Notes under the pieces: generated by a model
The model's database searches: none
The model's input: only the letters and a program-made list of their open reading frames with translations
What the model was told of the DNA's origin: nothing
Part shown: one piece after another, positions 1-13,249 of the stretch
Numbering within the stretch: position 1 is the stretch's first letter
Layout: every line of letters starts with the position of its first letter
Position numbers and translations under genes: made by a program
From: Octopus sinensis
Lineage: Eukaryota
Length of the DNA stretch: 64,000 nt
NCBI RefSeq assembly: GCF_006345805.1
Contig: NC_042999.1
Location: forward strand, 138,942,001-139,006,000
Direction of reading: 5' to 3'

Positions 1-453
1 CATCATCCGTTTGTAGTTCAATGCTCAAACTGTACAAACGCATTGTAAAATGATCTCGACCGAAAGAGTTCTTCGATATTAAAATGGATCAAAACGGCGT
101 GCTGGCAGAACCGTTAGCACGCCGGGTAAAATGCTTAGCAGCATTCCGCCCGTCTTTACATTCTGAGTTCAAATTGTGACTTTACTTTTCGTCCTTTCAG
201 AGACGATAAAGTAGTAGATGTAGTTGACTTACTCCTCCCTCGAAAATACTGGCCTTGTGTTAAAATGTGAAACCAATATTAAAATGGATCCATCATTAAG
301 CGTCAAACTGGAGAGAAGCAAAATTAAAATAGATAGATAACTATATTTGTGATGGGGCTGCTAGAGGAAGCTGTCCGAACCGGTCGAAACCGCTCGCAAT
401 AACAGGGATGGCACAGGCACATTAGAATAAAAGAATAATTACTGAAGTTGGTA

Positions 454-491
<38 letters not shown>

Positions 492-1274
492 TGTGTGTGT
501 GTGTGTGTAAGCTGACTATCTCTTCAAAGGATATTCACAGTTTGAGCCGGGAACTCGTTACTACAAAACTGACATATGGCGATTGCAATAGTTAGGATGT
601 TATTAAAAATTGATTCGTTTTCTTTTCTAATTATATAGGTGAATAGGAATAATATAGCGTGACGTTGGCTTTGTCAAGGGCATTAATGACATAAATAAAA
701 TACTGACTTATTAGAATCGAAACCGCATCAGGGACTCCATTTGCCGGAAATTTACCTCTTACCGTTGAGCAAAATATGTCGATATTGAAACTTAATCCTT
801 TGTTTAAATCTTAAAAAACATAAGTTTACATAAATGTCCAACTAAATTATCATACTTTGCTCGATGCTTTCCAATTCTAATGCATTTTTAATAATACGAT
901 TGATGAAGGCGGTTCAATTCATCCGATAGCTGGAATTACACCTAATTCAAACATATTTTCAGGCATTACAAACCTGAGACAACTGCATCACTTTTAACAT
1001 TTCGTCCCATTACATTCAGTCACCTTGTATCTTCGTAGGTCTGACGTTTTCGATGGTTTGATCTCTCTCTCTCTCTTCTCCCCTCTTTCTCTCCATCTCT
1101 CTTTCTGTCACTCTGTCTGTCTGTCTCTATCTATCTAGGCAATCTTTCGGGGACACACACAGTCATCTATCTACATATCTTATATCAACAGCAGTTTATA
1201 AATATTTTATCTTATGTACCTCTCTCTCTCTCTTTCTCTCTGACATATATATATATTGTCATATACATACATAT

Positions 1275-1337
<63 letters not shown>

Positions 1338-1450
1338 CACGTGATCACGTGACCGACCAGACCATCAGATGTTGTTACATATCGCTGGTCACAATGCGTT
1401 CGCATTGTTTTAGCCTTCGAATGACGCCACCCCGCTGGCTAAGCGAGCAG

Positions 1451-1489
<39 letters not shown>

Positions 1490-1955
1490 TATATACATAT
1501 ATATATGACATGTAACGTGTGCGCGTGTGCGTGTATGTGCATGTATGCGTGTAAACATCCCTATGTATATAAATCAATATTTTCGATCAACCTGTTTGTT
1601 TAATGCTGTAGCTGTGGATCGTTCGTTCTACTTAGTCATGTTTTCAACCCACCAACAAAAAAAAAAAATTGTAATAATAAAAACACACTCACACAATGAA
1701 AGAAAATACACATAAAGAAAATACACTAAAAATTTTTGAACAAAAACTCTCACACAAAATTTAAACAAATTCTATCTGAATGATTTAATGCATAAAAACA
1801 GTTTGTAAACTGAAACAACACACAACACACAACTCTCTCTTTCTGTCTCTCTGTCTATCTGTCTGTCTTTCTCTCTCTCTCACACACACTCACACAGGGG
1901 CACACACACTGATATGTAAAGGATGGAAAGAAGAGAAAAAGTTAGCAATACTTAC

Positions 1956-2054
1956 GCGTTGAACAGATAGCGGCTTAGCAAAATCCGATCCCCCTTGTAA
2001 TCGAAATCCCCAGGGTACGTCACTGCAACTTCGGGACAGCCACAAAGTCTCCAT
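1956..2054 (-). CDS. First coding exon of a PDZ-LIM (PDLIM/Zasp/Enigma-like) protein; N-terminal part of the PDZ domain
   Basis: Manual translation gives METLWLSRSCSDVPWGFRLQGGSDFAKPLSVQR (33 codons from the ATG at 2054-2052), followed by a phase-0 GTAAGT donor. PWGFRLQGG.DF..PL is the signature start of ALP/Enigma/Zasp PDZ domains. Too short for the ORF track. The gene continues beyond the left edge. Confidence 0.92.
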
Positions 2055-4322
2055 ATTTTAATATGTAAACGTTTATTCCGGATTTTTTCTTAGAGACCTT
2101 TATGGATTAAGTGTTGATGTCGCTCTCTCTTATTATTCCTTTCAACCCGTAGGGTTTTTCCCCCCAATTGTTGCTAAATTAAACTACTACAAAGTTTGTT
2201 CGTAGTAGATGGAGGAGAGAAGATAAATAAGAGAGAGATGTACCACACACACACACACTTCTCGCCTTGCCTCCACTACTTCAGGGGCAAGGTTGGCCTC
2301 TGTATCTTATCCGTCCCAGGTTTTAAGAAAATGTTCTTGTGTTACGATGCGCTCACCAGAAAAAGAACACGAAAAGACAAGAAGAGAGGAAAAGAAGTAG
2401 GGAGGAAAAAAAAACACTCCGTCTTTCCTCTGCGTTTCTGATTCGTTTTTGCTTTTACTCTCTTTTCCTCTCTGTCACTCATACACTCACTCTTTATCTT
2501 TTTAACTATCTGTCGGGTTCTCTTCCTCTTCCTCTTCCTCCTTTTTTTTTTTCTTTTAGCTTCTACTCTTACACCCTTTCTGTCTCTCTTTTTTTTTTCT
2601 ATTGCATTACTCCTTCCAGCTCTATCTTTTCACGCGGGCGCTCACGTACACACACATGTACACACACTCACTCGCTCACTCACTCTCTCTCTCTCTCTCT
2701 CCCTCGAACTCACTGACACTTTACATCTTCCTCTTTATTTCTAATTTTCCTCGTCCTTTTGCTCTTGTTTCTCCATAAATTTCTTTTCTCTCACACTCAT
2801 TTCTCACACACTCAATGTTCTCCCATGTTCTTTTTTTCTCACTCTTCTTTTTTTCTCTTTAACGTCGATGCTTTTCCCTTTCAATTTTTTTGATTTTCTC
2901 CTTCGCTTTTTTTTCTTTTTAATTTTTTTCCTTACCTTCTTTATCATCCCTTATCCTTTTTTTTACTATTTTTTAATCTTTCTTTCACTTACTTTACTTT
3001 ATCACTTATTTTCTTTTCTTTACCTTTCCTCCTTTATTTCTCATTTTTCTGTTTTTCTCTTTCTCTCATTTTCCTACTTCGATTCTTTTTACTCTTACGT
3101 TTCTATTTCCCCCCATTCCTAACTCTTCTTTTCTCTCTCCTCCTTCTCTACAGTTATTTCTGTCTCACTTTTCTTTTATTTTCTCTTATCATTATTTCTG
3201 CTTCTCCATCTCTCTTTCCCTTTCTCGTTCTTTAAAACTCTTCGTTTAGACATTTTCTCTTCTTTTACTCTCTACTTAATTTCACTCATTCTGTCCTTTA
3301 TCTGTTCCTGGTGTTATTAATAAAATGCTTAAGGCACAAATTCAATCAGAACCTATCCAAAACGCCAGAAGTCTCACCTCTTTGTACACTTTATTTTTTT
3401 TCTTGTCTGTTTCCTTAAAAAAAAAAAAGAGATTTTCCGATACTGACATTTAAAAAAAAATTCTGCAATTACTTATGTTCTTCCTCAATCAAACGTTGGC
3501 GGAGTTTTGGAATAGTTACCTATCGAAATCCCATACATCATAGGAAAACAAAAGAATACGGAAGGAGGGAGAAAGTGAAATTTTTGGAAACATTTTTCAG
3601 AATGGTAATTTCCTTTGTATGAAATATCGAAATCCTAAAATATAAAGATAGACACTTCCTTTACTATGAGGTTTGGGACTTCCAATTTCAACAATTCCGA
3701 AACTTCCCCATTCATCGTTTCTTTCATACATACTTTACTCCATCTATACCTATTTTGTGTTCTTTTTTCTCTTATTTTCTAAACCTTCTAACAAACTTTC
3801 AGATTTTATTTTATTGTTGTTGCTGGTTAGTCCCAGATCAACCCTAATTGAGTAGACCAGTAGTCGAAGACAATCTAGCCGTGACTAACCCGCATTTCTA
3901 TGAATATTTGCGACTATATTAACAAAATATTTTTCCTTTTTCAAGAAATTAAAATGTAATTTGATGAGGATTTCGTAGCTCTTTCTAGTAGCCAGAGTAA
4001 CCAGGAAGGACTTTCCTCTTTAATTTATATTTCTGTGAAGGTGTATTACCAGAATAAACAGGATCCTTTCATTACTTAGATTTAGTAACATCTTATATTC
4101 TGAGATAAAACCCAGCCGGTCGCCAACCTTACCTTCATGGATCAATAAAGCAACATACCATTCAAGTAGTCGGATTGTCAGAATAGTTAGAGTATCGGAC
4201 GAAACGACTGCAGCATTCAGTTAGAACATATTACACTGTGGGTTCAAATCCCGCTCAGATTAACTTTACCTTTCCTCCAACGGGAAGCAATAACATTAAG
4301 TACCAACTAAATACTGCAGTCG

Positions 4323-4396
<74 letters not shown>

Positions 4397-4400
<4 letters not shown>

Positions 4401-4467
4401 GAAGGTTTGAAAATGCAATTTTAAAAGATGTTAAATCTTTTAAAATTGCATCTTCAAACCTTCTTTC
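4397..4467. repeat. 33-bp-arm inverted repeat (one mismatch, 5-nt spacer)
   Basis: gaaagaaggtttgaaaatgcaattttaaaagat-gttaa-atcttttaaaattgcatcttcaaaccttctttc. Confidence 0.95.
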
Positions 4468-4533
4468 ATATAATTCCACTCGTGCGGTACCTTACAACTT
4501 CACTTTGTTATATATATATATATATATATATAT

Positions 4534-4949
4534 TCTCTTTTACTCTTTTACTTGTTTCAGTCATTTGACTGCGGCCATGCTGGAGCACCACCTTTAGTCG
4601 AGCAAATCGATCCCGGGACTTATTCTTTGGAAGCCCAGTACTTATTCTATCGGTCTCTTCTTGCCGAACCGCTAAGTTACGGGGACGTAAACACACCAGC
4701 ATCGGTTGTCAAGCGATGGTGGGGAGACAAACACAGACATACAAACATATATACACACACATACATATATATATATATACATATATACGACAGGCTTCTT
4801 TCAGTTTCCGTCTACCAAATCCACTCACAAGGCATTGGTCAGCCCGAGGCTATAGCAGAAGACACTTGCCCAGATGCCACGCAGTGGGACTGAACCGGAA
4901 GCATGTGGTTGGTAAGCAAGCTACTTACCACACAGCCACTCCTGCCCCT
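4534..4949 (-). mobile_element. tRNA-derived SINE family B with an internal microsatellite
   Basis: Minus-strand head ggcaggagtggctgtgtggtaag...ggttcagtcccact, internal (TA/CA)n, tail ...gtaaaagagtaaaagag. Further copies at about 11593-11960(-), 53737-53905(-) and 53990-54150(+). Confidence 0.8.
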
Positions 4950-4971
4950 ATATATATATATAGTCTTATAA

Positions 4972-5041
<70 letters not shown>

Positions 5042-5589
5042 ATATATATAGTCTTATTATATATCTTGATGCTAATACAATTATAACTGAACAAGGAAAT
5101 ACCACTCGCCTACAATCTGTGGTCTTAGTCAAAGTTTAAAAATAGTACTTTTCATCTTCATTCTCATATTTTCCTAATTCTGTCTCATTTATTTCCCTCA
5201 TTCTCTTTCCACTCATTTCTGTCTTCGGCTCTCTTTTCTCTCGTCAATCACTTTTATATTATTAAATTCGCCTCTCGCTTCTCTCTCCTACTCCTCCTTC
5301 TCGGTTTCGCTTTTCATTTCAAATTCTTTCTATTGGAAGACGAACATATATAAAAGACCATACACATATATATATAAATGAAAATGATGTTCGAGTCTCT
5401 GAGTGCACATACACTCATATAATTGTGAGCGTATGTATGAGAGTGTGTCAATGTGTTGATGTGTAGGTATGCGTTGTAGCCCACAAAGAACCCCTTCTCT
5501 TCACAATTCTACAACGTTTAACTTCAACTTGCTTTCCACAAGGTCTTATAGTCCAAGCTGCTGGAGAACTACGCGAGCCCGCAAACACA

Positions 5590-5685
<96 letters not shown>

Positions 5686-5690
5686 TCATA

Positions 5691-6986
5691 CAAGGTGAGA
5701 CAGAGAGGACGGACGTTTTTGAAAAATTCACGAAATCATTAATTTTAGCTGAAAACAAATTTTATTGACATCAATGTGTTCGTACTGAATTAGGATATGT
5801 CAAAATCAAGTGTGGAAAACAACACCTATCATGTGGTATCCGTTTTCATGGATGCATTTCTGAAGGTATTCTTGGAAGTTGGCCTCCGCTCTCTCCAGCA
5901 TTGCTCTGTCGATTTGGGCGACTTTCACTCGAATAGCTTCCGTCAAATCGTCCAATGTAGGGGGGCTTATGCACATACACACGTGCCTTGAGATTTCCCC
6001 ACAAGAAATAATCACACACCAGGGGCCCAAGGGGGCCAAGGAATATCAGCAAACCTGGAAATGAGGCAGTCACCGAAGAGAGGGCGAAGAACGTCCCTTG
6101 ATTCTCTGGCTGTGTGAGCCATCGCCCAACCCGAAACCATACACGTCTAATGGGCATAAGTTGTTTATCATCTCGATGTAACGCTCGGAGTTCAGGGTAA
6201 CAGAATTTCCATTATTGTCTTCAAAAAAGTAAGGACCAATGACGGCAGCTTTTCCAACAGCACACCAAACCGTCACTTTGGGGCAGTTCAGTGATCTTTC
6301 GTGCAGTTCTCTCGGATTTTCAAGAGTCCAATAACGACAGTTATGTTGGTTCACCATGCCATTGAGATGAAAATGAGCTTCATCACTTATTAAGAAAATG
6401 AGATTGTCATTTGCCTCGAAAATTGCTTCCATCTGATGTGCGAAGTTAAGCCACTGTGAATAGTCCCATGGTTTCAACTGTTAACCAATGTGTAATTTGA
6501 ACGGGTAGAAATGCAGGTCTTCATGCAAAATACGTCTTACCGATCCATTACCGATGCCAAGTTCAGTGGAATGCCTCCGAGCAGAGCGATTCGGACTCCG
6601 TATCAAAGATTGTCTGACGCGCTCCACATTTTCTGGGGTCCGTACCATTCGTGGGGCCCCACCAGTCTCCTTTTCATTAGTGTACCTCGTGTACGAAGTG
6701 CATTCACCCAACGTAAAACTGTGTTACGGGTGGGAAGAGCCTGATTTCGGTGAATGTTGAAGAGGATCCGAAACTTAAGCTAAACTGCTGTGACAGACTC
6801 GTTATTCTTCACATAACTGTCGTAGGCAAACACACTATGCTCTATCGTCCACAGATCCATGGCTTCACCTGAAAAGAAAACAGATACTAAGAAACTACGG
6901 ACCGAATGGTACCTGTCGGACACATGTCCCTCCCGGAGCTGAGCAATAGCCATTTCAAAAACGTTCGTCCTCTCTCCCCCACCCTA
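5691..6986 (-). mobile_element. Full-length but inactivated Tc1/mariner element, DD41D (rosa/Visitor)-like
   Basis: Imperfect ~35-bp TIRs (caaggtgagacagagaggacggacgtttttgaaa; tttcaaaaacgttcgtcctctctcccccacccta) flanked by TA. The transposase starts at ATG 6860 (MDLWTIEHSVFAYDSYVKNNESVTAV*..., DUF4817-like) and contains SDEAHFHLNGMVNQHNCRYW, VTVWCAV..IGPYFFE and DYFLWGNLKARVY, with stops and frameshifts. Confidence 0.9.
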
Positions 6987-7039
6987 TATATTTTAAGGGG
7001 GATGTGTGAGCGTGTATACTTACTTATTTATTTGGGTTC

Positions 7040-7070
<31 letters not shown>

Positions 7071-7240
7071 TGTATGTATGTATGTATATATGTGTGTGTA
7101 TGCAAATAATATAACAAAGAGGGAAAGAGAAATGGTTGTCTGGATATGTAGATGATCACAGCTGTCGTCCAACCAATTTGCATTCATCATGCAGACATAT
7201 AGGTGTGTGTGTGTACATATATATATTATATGTGTGTGTG

Positions 7241-7289
<49 letters not shown>

Positions 7290-7974
7290 TGTGTGTAATC
7301 AGTTGTAGGATTCGTTGGAATGAGATATTTTAATATTCAGAGAGAAAGGGTCGAGTTCCACGAATATGTAGACTTATCATAGACATACACGTCTCCATAT
7401 GCTGGTATGTAAAAGCATTTCATAAGTATTTATTGAAAATTCTTATTTTAGAGTCAACAGGAACTACTTACGGAAGTAAGCAATGTAAATATTTTTAAAA
7501 GTTGTTGCAAGAGCTGTAATTTATGATATTTTGTAAGTAATTTATTGGTATTGTATAATAAATATTAAACTTGATTGAATATGTTTTTTTTTTCGTTTGT
7601 GCACTTTACTAATCAGAACAAATATCTCATTTTCGGATCTTTTCACTTTGACCGGCAGGTTTTTAAAATAATTTCTTTGTAACTAAACACTTTTAAACTT
7701 CGTACACTGGTAGAATGTGTTACATAAAACATCTTTTTCTCTTGGCTTTCTCGAGAAAATTCTGTAGTTTGTATGCTATTTGTTGTTAAATTTCTTGCAT
7801 TTCGACAATTTCAACCAATCAATGACGTCTATTGAGGTGAATACAATTTCTGCGGTTGTTTGTTAACAACAATTTCCTGCGGTGTCTACTCAGTTTGTCA
7901 CTGTTATTTATGACATATTTCATATCAGTTACTAATACACATAACACATACACTTGCACACACACATGCACACA

Positions 7975-8293
7975 TATAATAAAAGAAAAGAACTTGGTAC
8001 TCTATTATTCCGGTTGTTACATGTGATTTAGTATTCGGCAACGCATAACGTCATGCTACAAATGCAACCAGTTGGTGAAGTTTATAGGAGAAACATGGAG
8101 CAAACATATCGTCAGACAATCGATACTTTTCTTTATCGATTGTCTGATGATGAGTTTACTCCATTTTTGCCCAGTAAGCTGCACCTACATGTTGCATCTG
8201 TTGTGTGATGTTATGTGTTACCGAATACTGAAACATATGTAACAATTGCATTAAAGGTGTACCAAGTTATGCTCAAGTTCTTTTCTGTTATTA
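7975..8293. repeat. Degenerate foldback of about 300 bp (MITE-like)
   Basis: Centre atcgtcagacaatcgata / tatcgattgtctgatgat; outer aacttggtac / gtaccaagtt; agtattcgg / ccgaatact in between. Confidence 0.8.
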
Positions 8294-8319
8294 TTATCGG
8301 TGTACTTAATAATAACAGT

Positions 8320-9452
8320 ACACCGATGACAGCCTCTAAACGACCTCGGAACCGACCCCAGGCTTTCATCATTATCTCCTTTTTAGGCCCTTGAAGGCCC
8401 TTGCAATGCTGGCTCTCAGCTCTTTCTTCGTGTTGTAGTTAGATTTGTTGGCCTCTTGTTCGCCCGCGCCCCGCACAAAGAAGTCGAGGTGATTACATTC
8501 AGGCGAGTTGAGAGTCCAAATGTCAGATGCTGTGTGATCGAAGATATTATCTGACAATCAGGCCTGGTTTTTCGGGCAGGTGTGGCCAGGCGGAGAGTCT
8601 TGCTGTCACATGTACGACCTTCCTGCAGCTACCCGGTCGATCCAAGCCTTCACTACCTCGTCAGAACATGGATGTAGCCGTTGGTGTTCAAACTAAGGCG
8701 TTAAGGGAAGAAGTGGTGTAGCATGACGTCACCTTCAGTGCTGATGACACCGAAGACCATGATTGTTGCAGAAAATTTCGTCTGTTTGACACCAGGCACG
8801 TCCTTGTGTGAAACAGCGAGCAACCTGTCCTAGGATTGATCTTCTGGTGTTGGCAAGAATTCTTCTCGTTGAAGAACCACAGCATATCTTGTTCCAGCAG
8901 GTGTTTCAGCTTGTTGATCAGCTTCTTGATGTGCTCGAGTTAGTTTTCCTGCATCGCCTTGGACAGAAAATTTCCCTTCCTTATATTGTATCGCCTGTCT
9001 GATGAGTTTTTCATCCACATCTTTCTCCTTGGCAATCGCATGCATCGACTTGCTGGGATTATTGTTGTTGATTTCTCGGATTTCATAGGCGAATTCCAGG
9101 GTTCTGATGGGTCAAACCTTCTGCTGTCTGTCATGGGTAACCCTTTCTGTTGGCGCCTCGTAGCCGTTGGTGTTCAGACTTAGGCGTTCAGGGAAGAAGT
9201 GGTGTAACAATCCTGAATCTTCCAGCTCCTTTCTGACCTCTTGCACCCTTCCTCTACCGAAATCTCCATGTATGTCCTTCTGGCGCGGTTCCAAGCAGAA
9301 CTTCATACCTCATACACGATTTTTTTTGCGGGGTGGGGATATTTCAAAATTTTCCATAGTCAATTATTCTGCCAAAACCTAAAGCAAAAAAAAAAATATA
9401 TGCATAAAATTAGCAGTTGAGAATTGCGAACGTATACCATCCGCTCCTTGTA
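8320..9452 (-). mobile_element. Degenerate Tc1/mariner transposon, DD37D (maT)-like
   Basis: Fragmented ORFs, including WTLNSPECNHLDFFVRG (a WPPNSPDLNPLDF derivative) and MHAIAKEKDVDEKLIRQAI (HTH-like). Boundaries are approximate. Confidence 0.7.
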
Positions 9453-9539
9453 TATTATATATATGTATGTATCTATATATAATATTATATATATGTATGT
9501 ATCTATATATGCATGTATCTTATCTATATATGCATAAAT

Positions 9540-9600
<61 letters not shown>

Positions 9601-9680
9601 TGAAGCCCTGTGAGAGTTGTTTGGTGTAATAAATATCTATCATCATGTCATGTCGGATGATGACGACGACGACGACGACG

Positions 9681-9717
<37 letters not shown>

Positions 9718-10513
9718 CCATAAACACGTTAAGAATATATTTGCGTATGAGTGGGCGTGTGCCCACGCGGTGTTTTTGTGTGTACTACGTGGCGATCTGC
9801 CAAAGTCACATAAACATATATTGAAACACAGACACACATACACACACAAGCACACGCACACGCACACGTACAACAGCTTTTTAAACAGATATAACTTTTA
9901 ATATCTACATAAATTGTCTTAGTACATTCATGCACGTACATATGCATATACAAGTACCCACACATCTATCTGTACATATATGTTTGTATGTGTGTATGTG
10001 TGTGTGTACGTGCATGTATATACGTATATATATATATATATATATAATTAATCAATATAGGCAAAAAAATTCTACAAAATTTTTTGCCACCCTATATTGA
10101 TTAATTATGAATTTTCTGGTTAATTCCGTAATGGAATCGACGGCTTATATTTATTTGCTGCCGATAAATTTGGCGCGAGTGCGATGATTTGAAAATTTAG
10201 GTCAGATATTGCCTTGGCAGGGTCGGAAATGCCTCGTGAAAATATCTGTTCCGACTTGGCTATTTCTTACTGAAGAATCTGAGGGCCTATGGAAGATTGG
10301 CTTGATTTAATTTAATCAGGTTAGTTTACCATTAAACAGCAGATGAAACGGTGCATCGTATAAGAAATTACAGGGTAAATGTTTTTTAAATTTTCTCCTG
10401 GTTTACGGAATTGATTTTTATTTGCGGTTGAAGCTTTGGCTGTTATTTCTAGTGGGTGAATGGCCTATTATGGCCGTTCCTTGATTGTTGATATATATAT
10501 ATATATATATATA

Positions 10514-10556
<43 letters not shown>

Positions 10557-10959
10557 TATATATATATATATATATATGTATAGAAATATGTATATATATG
10601 TATGTATGTACATATATATGTATACGTGTGTGTGTGTGTGTTGTGTATAAACATATATGTAGAGATATATAGGTACAAACATATATACATAAAACCCGAA
10701 TATATATGGGTATGAGGGTGTGTGTACGTACACAAATATATATATACATACATCTATACACACGTACAAACGTGTATTTTAGAAAGTCACTTCAACGTAG
10801 TTTTGAAATAAAACCAAAACATTTTTTTAATGCTTATATCAAAACCTTACGATGTTACAGCTTTATGAAGAGAAAAACAACTTAGAATAAACTTACCTTT
10901 GATCTTCATTGATATTTAGAAACCATGGGATTCGGCGTGTACAGATTGGTAGTATATTT

Positions 10960-11570
10960 TTCTACTCTAGGCACAAGGCCCCAAATTTTGGGGGCGGTGC
11001 CAGTCGATTAGATCGATCCCACTATGCAATTAGTGCTTAATTTATCGTCCCCAAAAGGATGAAAGGTAAAGTCGACCTCGGAGGAATTTGAAATCAGAAC
11101 GTAAAGACAGACGAAATACCGCTAAGCATTTCGCCCGGCGTGCTAACGCTTCTTATTTCTTTACTGCCCACAAGGAGCTACACACAGAGGGGACAAACAA
11201 GGACAAACAAACGAATTAAGTCGATTACATCGACCCCAGTGTGCAACTGGTATTTATTTAATCGACCTCGAAAGGATGAAAGGCAAGGTGGACCTCGGCG
11301 GAATTTGAACTCAGAACGTAGCGGCAGACGAAATACCTATTTCATTATTACCCACAAGGAGCTAAACACAGAGAAGACAAACAAGGACAGACAAACGGAT
11401 TAAGTCGATTATATCGACCCCAGTGCGTAACTGGTACTTATTTAATCGACCCCGAAAGGATGAAAGGCAAGGTGGACCTTGGCGGAATTTGAACTCAGAA
11501 CGTAGCGGCAGACGAAATACCACTAAGCATTTCGCCCGGCGTGCTAACATTTCTGCCAGCTCGCCGCCTT
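10960..11570 (-). mobile_element. Head-to-tail trimer of SINE family A
   Basis: Three successive copies of the aaggatgaaagg.aa.gt.gacct.gg.ggaatttgaa.tcagaacgta core at about 11055, 11272 and 11456. Confidence 0.8.
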
Positions 11571-13205
11571 GTAGATTGATAGTATTATATTATCTTTTAC
11601 TGGTTTCGGTCATTGGACTGTGGCTTTGCTGGGGCACATCTTTGAATGGTTTAGGCGAGCAAATTGACCCCAGTATTCTTTTTTTAAAGTCGGAAACGTT
11701 TTGCGAACCGCTAAGTTACGGTGACGTAAACAGACCAATACCGACTATCAAGCGATGGTTGAGTGAGAAACACAAACACACACACATACAACCACACACA
11801 ATGGGTTTCCGGCAGTTTCCGCCTACCAAATTAACTTTCAAGGTAATGGTCGGTCCTGGTCTATATTGGAAGACGCCCACATTACCGCGAAGTGGGACTG
11901 AATCTGAAAACATGCGGTTGCAAAGGCGCTTCTTAAACATACCGCCATGCCTGCGCCTATACTAACCAATTATCGTCGCAGAACTCATACAAGTTGTTGA
12001 TAAAAGGGTTTAGTTTATCAATAAAAGTACCATTGTTATTCCTCTAATGTCCAGTGTTCAGTTTATGCTTGTGTTGTTGAGTGTAATATCCTAGTTATGA
12101 TATCTCTCCAGTTTATATGAATTTATATATTGGTTTCAAATTTTGGCACAAGGTTAGCGATTTCAGGGCATGGGTAAAGTCGATTACAATGATCCCAGTT
12201 GTCAACTGGTACTTATTTATTTTATCAATTCTGAAAGGATGGAGTCGAACCCGGTGGAATTTGAACTCCAAACGTAAGGACGGACAAATGCCACCAATCA
12301 TTTTGCCAGATATGCTAACAATTCTGCCAGCTCACCGCCTTCTATGAATGTATATATTAATGTGGCTAAAGTAGAGTGAAGTCTATGTATCACTGAGGAA
12401 ATCTAATAGTACTGGAATGTGTCCAAAGTTGTTTCTCGTACATGTCGGAATAATTGAAACAACATTAGTTCATTAATATCAACTTTTACTTACCACGCAA
12501 TTATTTCTAATTAAATTTTGAATGTCGACTGTATTAAATACAATGACACTAATTTAACAAAAGTTAATCATATTCCTAATATTGTTTCTAGTTTTGGCAC
12601 ATGGCCAATGATAAATGGTTAAGTCGATATCATCGGCCCCAGTACTTGGCCATTATTTTATTTTATTGACCGTAGAAGAAGGAAAGGCGGATATGGAACT
12701 CAGAAAGTAAAGAACAAAAGTAAATACCACAAGGCATAATTTTCGAACGCCTGACGGTTCTGCCAATTTTCTGATTTTATGATAACCAACATAATGTTTT
12801 CAAATTTTCGCATAGGACCAGCAGTTTTTGAGGGAGGGATAAGTCGATTACATCGACCCCAGTTCTTCCCTTGTACTTATTTTATCGACCCTGAAAAATG
12901 AAAGATAAAGTCAACGTTGGCGGAATGATAACCAATAAATAACAATGAAATTATATAACCTTTTCAAGTTATCTCGAATCAAATGATTCATGAGGCCTTG
13001 GGCAATTTTGACATGTAAGGATGAATTTAGATATAGTCCAGTACTTTGCTAACATATATGATAAACAGGTGGCTACTCATCAGTCATATAATATACGAAC
13101 CAAGAAGGAAACCATTATGTGGTTGCTGGACTACATCACTCTCAGACCATACCCGGCCGTTTAAAAAAAAGAGAAAGAATACAATAGACAAACTAGTCCT
13201 CCTTT

Positions 13206-13249
<44 letters not shown>

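Noticed and set aside
10891-10950. Strong minus-strand donor AAAG|GTAAGT at about 10896
   Set aside because: No acceptor or meaningful reading frame upstream; the sequence runs straight into SINEs.
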